Shown here: positions 51,744 through 64,000 of the stretch, one piece after another
Layout: each line of letters starts with the position of its first letter
Position numbering within the stretch: the first letter of the stretch is position 1
From: Eledone cirrhosa
Lineage: Eukaryota
Length of the DNA: 64,000 nt
NCBI GenBank assembly: GCA_964016885.1
Contig: OZ024742.1
Location: forward strand, 208,258,001-208,322,000
Direction of reading: 5' to 3'
The notes under the pieces: generated by a model
What the model saw: only the letters and a program-made list of their open reading frames with translations
Told to the model about the DNA's origin: nothing
Database searches by the model: none
Program-made: the position numbers and the translations under genes

Positions 51744-52153
51744 ATATATATATATATATATATATATTGCAAGATTCACAAGGTTTACAGTAAAATTTTT
51801 ATTTGATGTATTTATAAATTCATAATGTATGTCCACAAATTTAGGAAATATTATCATTTAGAATATTGGAATATAAATGCTGGACTGTCCGGTTACTTAT
51901 AACTCATGCTGTATATTAGTTTAACACTTGATAAATTTTGGGAAAAACGTTTCGGATGTTAGTCTTTTAACGGAAGGTAGAATGGGATACAGTGGAAAAA
52001 TCTAGAGACGCAAGTAAGAAAAGGAAGAAACAGAAATAATTGTTTTCACTGGAGGAAAAACGGTGTGTTAAGTCAACCACACACACATAAACATGTATAT
52101 ATATATATACACACACACACACACAGACATGCACACATACTCGCGCGCGCGCG

Positions 52154-52240
<87 letters not shown>

Positions 52241-52574
52241 CATACATAGCGACGTATACTTACATATAATTCCAAATACATGTGCATATGTATATATGTT
52301 CGTCTGGAAATCTATGGGTCTGTATCAGGTTTAACTTGTATGTGTGTGGGTATCTATGAGTATGTGTGCGTCTGTATCTATTCATTTTGAATGCAAGTAG
52401 CAGATGTTTTCCATTGTAATAATGGAAATTGGAATTAAAAGCACTTAAGTGGAAATTTAATTTTCTGTCTAAGCCATTCTTGTAGATAGAAATAATCTGC
52501 ACTAATGTTCAATCTGCACACGCCTCATTGACTACGGGTTAGTGTTGCAAATATCTATCTGTCTAGCTAGTTAA

Positions 52575-53000
<426 letters not shown>

Positions 53001-53709
53001 ACGGCCTGCCCGACCAGCCAGTGGGATGGCTTCATCGTATGGCTAAAACAGCACGTGCTGTGGCCAGCGGCGCCGAATGGCGCCCGACAGACTGGTCCTT
53101 CAAAGTGATATATATATATATATATATAATTCAGCGAGAATCGTATTTCGGCTGGTAGAAAAAGCTAACCGAAACTCAAAATCGTAGAAATGCTGGCAAG
53201 CGCTCAATAGTTAAAAAACCAGAGCTAAACAATATGTTAAAACGCCATACAAACTGAAAAAGTATTTAAGAAGGCATTAACCACCTAAGCCAAAAAAACA
53301 ATCAAGCTAAACAGCTCAAACAAAATAAATGAATGATAAAAACCTGGACACAAATGGAACTGGTGGTAAAATCCAAATGCAGGGTTTCTATGACACCTAA
53401 ATCAATAATACTGTCTGCTTAAAACTATAAGCTTTCAGCATAAAGATCGAACAAGGAATATCACGTTATCAACAGGTAATTCTGCTCTGTAACCCAGTTT
53501 GCGAGTGACGCAAAGCTTAGTAAACACACATGCGTAAGTCACAAGAGGAAATTCCCGATATTTTGGCAAAAGATTTCAGTATGTGCATATCATACAAAAA
53601 ATTGCATAGATAGCACAAATCGAATAAACACTCAACCAGGTAATCTTAAAAATAAACTTATGCAATTAATCATATATATATATGCAATTAATCATATATA
53701 TATATATAT

Positions 53710-53787
<78 letters not shown>

Positions 53788-54439
53788 ATGTATATATGAG
53801 GGTGTTAAAGTTTGCTTGAAGCATTGTGAAATGTGTAAAATATGTAGTTTAGAAAGCCACAACAATGCAGATGGGAAATCTCGAGGTAAGAAGTGAGTGA
53901 GAAATAGGAGAAAAGTGAAAATGAAAATGAAAACAAAACAAAGGTAGAAGGGTTACCGTAGTGGAGATTTAATCCCAATATTTCGGGCTCACGCCCATCA
54001 ACGGGGGAAAGTTCCAAAAGGGGGGGAACAGGCTAAGCCGGAGAAAGTTGTATTGTCGTTAAAACTTAGGAATGCCGTTATGGGGAAAATTCAAACGAGG
54101 GAAAGAATGCGCGTGCGCGTGATAGGTTGTGGCAAAAGCTACTGACCAATTGGGTTAAATCAATAGGGTGCGCTAGCGTGTGAGAGCCGTAAAATATGTG
54201 TGTGTAAATATATATGTGTGTGTAACTGTGTGTGTATATGTGTATGTGTGTATGTATGTGAGTGTGTGTGTGTGAAAGATAGTGGGCCGTAGAAGCTGGA
54301 AAACAAAGAGTGTGAAAGGTGGTATGTTGTATAAACATGTGTGCGTGTATAAATATAGATGTGTATGTGTATGGGTATACATGTAAGTGCGGGTGTGTGA
54401 AGGATAGTAGGCCTTAGGGGTTGTTACTAGTCACTAAGG

Positions 54440-56688
54440 TTAAATTAGCCATGTCAGCTCATTTCTCTCAGCCCGGTTGTTAAGTGGGAGTCTGAGCTTC
54501 TTAATAACAAGTGCTTCCTTTATCCTTAAGGATCCGATGCTGCGTTCAGTCGCTAGGACTGTGACCAAGGGTCTGCCCTGTGGGTTTCCGCATTTAAGGA
54601 TGTGTTTACGGAAGGAAGATGCGTTGGTGTTGGCATGTTCCTTGATACGAACATGTAGGGGTCGGATGGTGCTACCTATGTAGAACTTGTTACATTTATC
54701 GCATTAAATCTTAGAAACGACATAGGTGCGTAGGCAATCTGCCTCCCGTATCGGGCAGTTGCTGAAGGAACACATCCCATCTGACTCGTCGGGTTTGTTG
54801 GAGAGGCATCTTCGGAGCGAAGGTCCTGTGTGGGCCAAATGTATGTCAAGTCCCTCCCTCCGTATGGCCCTGCGGATGGCGTTCGTGGTATATTCACTCA
54901 GGTGGGGGATTTTAAAGAAGCACCTGCTTTTATCTAAGTTTCTAGTGGGTGTCAGTCTATTGGGTCTGGGGTCTCTAATTCCGTTAATCAGTCGCTTGGG
55001 ATATCCATTAGACTTGAGTAAATTACGGAATTGCGTGGTATGGGTGAGACCACCCATCGGGTCGCTGCATCTATTAGTGATCCGTGTAAGTTCATTTAGG
55101 ACATAGCCTCTCTTAGCGTTGTTGGGGAGGGCTGAGTTGTAATGCACAAATAAGTCCTTGCACGCTGCCTTGCGGTAGAAGGTGCTGTTTATGTCTCCTT
55201 CTTCCGAGATTTTGATACGGAAGTCGAGGAGGGCGAGTGACCCGTCTTCTCCAGGGTGTTCGATGGTGAAATCGACGTGATGGTCAGTGTCGTTGAAGAT
55301 TTGGTGAATTTCATTCGCCATCTCCCGGGAAGAAGTGAGTATCAGTATGTCATCGACGTATCTGGAGTAGAAGGCGACGGCGTTGGGTTGGCAGGTGTTG
55401 AGTGCCTTGCGTTCCAGGTGGTCCATGTACGAGATCGCAAGTATGCCGGACAGACTAGAGCCCATAGGTAGCCCAGAGATCTGTTTGTACGTGTGGCCGA
55501 GGAAATTGAAGAATGTATTATCCACAACGAAGGAGAGGAGTTGGTGGATGTCCGTGTGTGTGAGTCCGAAGCAGTGTAAGTTAGATGCTCGGACTCGTTC
55601 GGTCAACAGGTCGACGGCTGGGGATGCTGGCACGGAGGTATAAAAGGCGACCACATCAAGACTGAAGCCATATCCGTTGTCCTTTCTGGTGTTGGGCGCC
55701 AGATGGTGTAGTCGCTCCAAGACCTCCTTTGAGCTGCAGACGTGGGCTTGTAGTGTGTGTAGAATGGGTTTCAGTAGTGTGGAGTGCAGCCACGATATTT
55801 TGTAAAGTGGGCCCTCCACGCTAGAGACAATGGGCCTGATTTTCAAATCGGGTCCTTGTTTATGGGTTTTCACCAGGTGGTAGAAGGTGGGTAGTTTGCT
55901 GTTTCGAGTCATTATGTTGTTTTTTACCTTCTTTAGCAGTTTTCGTTGGACACAGATGTTAGTCCATATGGTGTTAATGCCTTCCTCGATTAGAGTCGAG
56001 GAGGTCCCTGTGACTTTCAAGTAGAGGCTGTCGTCATTAAGATGTTGGAGAGCTACGTTGTTGTAGGTCTCTCTCGAAATGACACAGAATTCTTTCCCCT
56101 TGTCAGAGGGAAGGTAAACAAGATTCCTGGATCTTAGGTTGGTGAGAGTATTAAATTGTGCATTGGTGTGGTTGCGTTTATTGTGTGTGTGTGTGTGTTG
56201 GGAAATGATGTTAGAGATAGAATGTTTCAACCTGAGTAGTTTAGTGTCAAGTTCGTGGTTGGTGGGTGGGGGTGGAGTGGGTTGTCGAGGTGGTACGTGG
56301 GGAGTGTGGGGTGGGTTGTGGGGTTGTAATCGATCTCGGTGTTGTTTTGGATGGCGGTTAGCCATTTCAATTGATATGCTGTCCGACAGAAGTTGGTTTC
56401 GATGTCGAGTTTCAGTCTATCATCGAGACGCTGTGTAATGATGAACTTGGGTCCGAGGGGAAGGACTTCGAGTTCTTCGTTGGTGAGGGTACCGGTTAGG
56501 TCGGTAACGAGGAGTGAAGCATCGTTGGTAGGTAGATCGCTGTTGGGGGGGTGTAGCGGAAGGTGTTGTATCGCTGTTGCCCCTGGTGTGGTTGTAGTCG
56601 TTCCGTCTGTGGGAGCTGATGTTGTCATTGTAGTATTTGTTTACAGTCCATTCGTATTTCCGTATAAGGCGCTGTTTATCGTATTTGA
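54440..56688 (-). pseudogene. PLE RT + GIY-YIG ORF, 5'-truncated inverted copy
   Basis: PSDKGK, IRPIVS, SLDVVAFYT, GLPMGS, YSRYVDD, LLD, YRK; frameshifts near 56290 and 54710. Confidence 0.92.
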
Positions 56689-57321
56689 ACATGTCAACAC
56701 CAACGCATCTTCCTTCCGTAAACACATCCTTAAATGCGGAAACCCACAGGGCAGACCCTTTGTCACAGTCCTAGCGACTGAACGCAGCATCGGATCCTTA
56801 AGGATAAAGGAAGCACTTGTTATTAAGAACCTCAGACCCCCACTTAACAACCGGGCTGAGAGAAATGAGCTGACATGGCTAATTTAACCTTAGTGACTAG
56901 TAACAGCCCCTACGGCCTACTATCCTTCACACACACGCACTTATATGTATACCCATACACATACACACACACATCTATATTTATACACGCACACATGTTT
57001 ATACAACCTAACACCTTTCACACTCTTTGTTTTCCAGCTTCTACGGCCCACTATCTTTCACACACACACACTCACATACATACACACATACACATATACA
57101 CACACAGTTACACACACATATATATTTACACACATATTTTACGGCTTTCACACGCTAGCGCACCCTATTGATTTAACCCAATTGGTCAGTAGCTTTTGCC
57201 ACAGCCTATCACGCGCACGGGCATTCTTTCCCTCGTTTGAATTTTCCCCATAACGGGATTCCTAAGTTTTAACGACAATACAACTTTCCCCGGTTAGCCA
57301 GTTCCCGCCCTTTTGGAACTT

Positions 57322-57357
57322 TCCCCCGTTGATGGGCGTGAGCCCGAAATATTGGGA
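57322..57357 (+). ncRNA. Hammerhead-like motif with a non-canonical core (also 60576-60611 + and 53973-54008 -)
   Basis: TCCC-CCGTTGA-tGGGC gtga GCCC-GAAA-TA-TT-GGGA; stems I and II are intact, but the core is CCGUUGA instead of CUGAUGA. Confidence 0.55.
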
Positions 57358-57505
57358 TTAAATCTCCACTACGGTAACCCTTCTACCTTTGTTTTGTTTT
57401 CATTTTCATTTTCACTTTTCTCCTATTTCTCACTCACTTCTTACCTCGAGATTTCCCATCTGCATTGTTGTGGCTTTCTAAACTACATATTTTACACATT
57501 TCACA

Positions 57506-60146
57506 ATGCTTCAAGCAAACTTTAACACCCTCTTATCATTACACCTGAGCCAGGACTTGTTTGCACCCATAAGGGACCTATTCAGACTATCGGAGAATCG
57601 TGCCAAACTCGGTTGCCAAATTACCTTCTTAAAACGCTGCCTAAAGAACAACATCATTCCAACCACCATCAGGAATATACATTCACCCGAATGTTTACGA
57701 TTACCATCCTTCGAAAACACCATCCGCCACATTCAACGCACGTTTATCAAGAAAATACTACGACATAACCACCATCAACTGCGACTCCATATACAAACGC
57801 TCTCCGAGCACATAGATCGTATAGCTCCAACCCTCACCCCTGACCACCAGGTCCAGAAAATACGCGAAGCTATCGATCAGTGTTACCACACCAGAGTCAA
57901 ATACGATAAACAGCGCCTTATACGGAAATACGAATGGACTGTAAACAAATACTACAATGACAACATCCGCTCCCACAGACGGACCGACTACAACCACACC
58001 AGGGGCAACAGCGATACAACACCCTCCACTACACCCCCCAACAGCGATCTACCTACCAACGATGCTTCACACCTCGTTACCGACCTAACCGGTACCCTCA
58101 CCAACGACGAACTCAAACTCCTGCGCCTCAGACCCAAGTTCATCATTACACAGCGTCTCGATGATAGACTGAAACTCGACAACGAAACCAACTTCTGTCG
58201 GACAGCATATCAATTGAAATGGCTAACCGCCATCCAAAACAACACCGAGATCGATTACAACCCCACAACCCACCCCACACTCCCCACGTACCACCTCGAC
58301 AACCCACTCCACCCCCCACCCACCAACCACGAACTTGACACTAAACTACTCAGGTTGAAACATTCTATCTCTAACATCCTTTCCCAACACACACACACAC
58401 ACAATAAACGCAACCTCACCAATGCACAATTTAATACTCTCACCAACCTAAGATCCAGGAACCTTGTTTACCTTCCCTCTGACAAGGGGAAAGAATTATG
58501 TGTCATCTCGAGAGAGACCTACAACAACGTAGCTCTCCAACATCTTAATGACGACAGCCTCTACTTGAAAGTCACAGGGACCTCCTCGACTCTAATCGAG
58601 GAAGGCATTAACACCATATGGACAAACATCTGTGTCCAACGAAAACTGCCAGAGAAGGTAAAAAACAACATAATGACTCGAAACAGCAAACTACCCACCT
58701 TCTACCACCTGGTGAAAACCCATAAACAAGGACCCGATTTGAAAATCAGGCCCATTGTCTCTAGCGTGGAGGGTCCACTTTACAAAATATCGTGGCTGCT
58801 CTCCACACTACTGAAACCCATTCTACACACACTACCAGCCCACGTCTGCAGCTCAAAGGAGGTCTTGGAGCGACTACACCATCTGGCGCCCAACACCAGA
58901 AAGGACAACGGATATGCCTTCAGTCTTGATGTGGTCGCCCTTTATAAATCCGTGCCAGCATCCCCAGCCGTCGACCTGTTGACCGAACGAGTCCGAGCAT
59001 CTAACTTACACTGCTTCGGACTCACACACACGGACATCCACTAACTCCTCTCCTTCGTTGTGGATAATGCATTCTTCAATTTCCTCGGCCACAGGTACAA
59101 ACAGATCTCTGGGCTACCTATGGGCTCTAGTCTGTCCGGAATACTTGCGATCTCGTACATGGACCACCTGGAACGCAAGGCACTCAACACCTGCCAACCC
59201 AACGCCGTCGCCTTCTACTCCAGATACGTCGATGACATACTGATACTCACTTCTTCCCGGGAGATGGCGAATGAAATTCACCAAATCTTCAACGACACTG
59301 ACCATCACGTCGATTTCACCATCGAACACCCTGGAGAAGACGGGTCACTCGCCCTCCTCGACTTCCGTATCAACATCTCGGAAGAAGGGGACATAAACAC
59401 CACATTCTACCGCAAGGCAGCGTGCAAGGACTTATTTGTGCATTACAACTCAGCCCTCCCCAACAACGCTAAGAGAGGCTATGTCCTAAATGAACTTACA
59501 CGGATCACTAATAGATGCAGCGACTCGATGGGTGGTCTCACCCATACCACGCAATTCCGTAATCTACTCAAGTCTAATGGATATCCCAAGCGACTGATTA
59601 ACGGAATTAGAGACCCCAGACCCAATAGACTGACACCCACTAGAAACTTAGATAAAAGCAGGTGCTTCTTTAAAATCCCCCACCTGAGTGAATATACCAC
59701 GAACGCCATCCGCAGGGCCATACGGAGGGAGGGACTTGACATACATTTGGCCCACACAGGACCTTCGCTCCGAAGATGCCTCTCCAAGAAACCCGACGAG
59801 TCAGATGGGACGTGTTCCCTCAGCAACTGCCCGATACGGGGGGCAGATTGCCTACGCACCTATGTCGTATATAAGATTCAATGCGATAAATGTAACAAGT
59901 TCTACATAGGTAGCACCATCCGACCCCTACATGTTTGTACCAAGGAACATGTCAACACCAACGCATCTTCCCTCCGTAAACACATCCTTAAATGCGGAAA
60001 CCCACAGGGCAGACCCTTGGTCACAGTCCTAGCGACTGAACGCAGCATCGGATCCTTAAGGATAAAGGAAGCACTTGTTATTAAGAACCTCAGACCCCCA
60101 CTTAACAACCGGGCTGAGAGAAATGAGCTGTAATGGCTAATTTAAC
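57506..60146 (+). pseudogene. PLE RT + GIY-YIG polyprotein (~880 aa), full length with nonsense mutations
   Basis: FLKRC..NIIP N-terminus, DKG, RT motifs, CxxxxC linker, VVYKIQCDKCNKFYIGST, KEH, KEAL..PPLN. TAA at 59042 is CAA in the inverted copy; TAA at 60131 is ACA in the other copies. Confidence 0.95.
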
Positions 60147-60742
60147 GTTAGTGACTAGTAACAGCCCCTACGGCCTACTATCCTTCACACACACGCACTT
60201 ATATGTATACCTATACACATACACACACACATCTATATTTATACACGCACACATGTTTATACAACCTACCACCTTTCACACTCTTTGTTTTCCAGCTTCT
60301 ACGGCCCACTATCTTTCACACACTCACATACATACACACATACACATATACACACACAGTTACACACACATATATATTTACACACACATATTTTACGGCT
60401 TTCACACGCTAGCGCACCCTATTGATTTAACCCAATTGGTCAGTAGCTTTTGCTACAGCCTATCACGCGCACGCGCATTCTTTCCCTCGTTTGAATTTTC
60501 CCCATAACGGCATTCCTAAGTTTTAACGACAATACAACTTTCTCCGGCTTAGCCTGTTCCCCCCTTTTGGAACTTTCCCCCGTTGATGGGCGTGAGCCCG
60601 AAATATTGGGATTAAATCTCCACTACGGTAACCCTTCTACCTTTGTTTTGTTTTCATTTTCATTTTCACTTTTCTCCTATTTCTCACTCACTTCTTACAT
60701 CGAGATTTCCCATCTGCATTGTTGTGGCTTTCTAAACTACAT

Positions 60743-62685
<1,943 letters not shown>

Positions 62686-62885
62686 CGATATTAAACAAAT
62701 GGAAACTATATTTATAAAACCATATTTATTTCATTATACATATTTCAGGGATACCATATTAAAAATATGACATGCCTTCGTCAGATAAAATACAATATAT
62801 AAACAGTTTTATAAATAATTTTGACGTACCATATTATAAGCGACCATTAAATTAGGAAGCTGTCTGGGTAGTGATTTGTTTATAC

Positions 62886-63170
62886 TTATTTAGTTATAGT
62901 GTTAAGCACAGTTAGAAAAAAGACGGAGAGAAATAAGAAACGGAGGTAAAGAAAAAACAGAGAAATAGAGGGGAGAGAAAGAAAGGAGGAGGTGAAAAGG
63001 AACAAGGAAGAAATAAGAGAGGCAAACGAAAGCAACAGATAAATAATAATAATTCACCATACATATAGAAAAACTCAAGAGAGAGGGAGTACTATATATA
63101 GAGAGAAGGATAATAATTATTTAGTTATAGTATTAAGCACAGTTAGAGAAAAGACGGAGAGAAAGAAAAA
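62886..63170. repeat. Local direct duplication
   Basis: TTATTTAGTTATAGT.TTAAGCACAGTTAGA.AAAAGACGGAGAGAAA at ~62886 and ~63117. Confidence 0.7.
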
Positions 63171-63338
63171 ACTGGAGATAAAGAAAAAGAAAAAAGAAAA
63201 AACAGAGGGACAGAGAGGGAGGAAAGGAAGAGAGAGAGAAAATATAAATATATATACTCCAAAAACTTGTCGAGTGCTTTATATTAGTTATAAAATATTT
63301 ACTTGTTGTAACCCAACAATTTTAAATAAAACCTTTGC

Positions 63339-63376
<38 letters not shown>

Positions 63377-64000
63377 TTGTGTGTGTGTGTACATATATAT
63401 TTATATATATAAATATACATAAGTATATGTGCGTGTTTACGTGTATGTATAGCAGTGTATACGCTAATCATGGAGAGGTAAGGAAAATGTGTTAAATAAG
63501 TTTTTTATGCGAAGCGATGTAGCATGCGTCCTTTTTAAATTATATGAAGATATCACATGATTTACGCACATACACACAAAGGCACACACACACATAGTAC
63601 ACAAACACATACATATATATGTGTGTGGTAGTGTGTCTGTGTACGCATTTATGCGTAGCTGAATTGATATGCGTTTGTATTTAACTATTCATAAAAACAT
63701 ATGATACGCATGCAAATATCACTTTTGTTCTATTCTGTGGTAGATTTGTCTGCTACAAATTCTATAAAAAAAGAATAGATCAAGTGTGATTTTTAAAAAT
63801 AACGATCATAAATCGTGTAAGATTTAATTCTCTGTTTCAAATCAAATGAAATGTGGAATATGATTACGATAAAACGTATCATTATATGTTTCTGGACTTG
63901 TAATTTCAGAGTATTTTCCACGAATTGTACCTCAACGACAGTATTAAAGGTAGCTAATCACGGACTCAGGCGCACTAAAATGAAATTCTTGCACATTCAG

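Larger units (their letters stand above)
53797..60742. mobile_element. Young Penelope-like element locus: inverted 5'-truncated copy + pLTR-ORF-pLTR unit
   Basis: Three near-identical ~620-bp pLTR regions (53797-54439 -, 56888-57505 +, 60146-60742 +), inversion junction at 56687-56688, both outer ends in TA-rich microsatellite. Confidence 0.95.

Noticed and set aside
57313-57525. Repeated small ORFs MELSPVDGREP.. and MANLTLVTSN.. in three copies
   Set aside because: The repetition only reflects pLTR duplication; one has a non-ATG start and both are low complexity.
57506-60146. Selenocysteine or read-through recoding of the PLE ORF (known in Naiad PLEs)
   Set aside because: The interrupting codons are TAA rather than TGA, and they are sense codons in the sister copy.

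Overview
AT-rich eukaryotic, repeat-dominated window. The SINE/LINE repertoire and very dense (TA)n/(CA)n/(GA)n microsatellites suggest a coleoid cephalopod such as Octopus (inference). No intact host gene is visible; there is only one candidate 114-nt exon. Main contents: two divergently oriented, decayed autonomous Helitrons (Rep-HUH/Y2 + PIF1-like helicase) plus non-autonomous Helitron pieces; a young, near-intact Penelope-like element (RT + C-terminal GIY-YIG) in an inverted/partial-tandem pseudo-LTR arrangement at 53.8-60.7 kb; an older PLE at 19.3-21.5 kb; fragments of Tx1/L1, R4/Dong and RTE LINEs; and about 20 tRNA-derived SINE copies. The most notable signal is a set of short, mostly fold-back elements sitting in (TA)n tracts, many with minimal type-I hammerhead ribozyme (HHR) motifs. 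Some of these have non-canonical cores, and their truncation or inversion points fall at or inside the ribozyme. A Tx1-like family that appears to target (ATT)n is also present. All alignments and folds were done by eye, so coordinates are approximate to a few nt unless stated.
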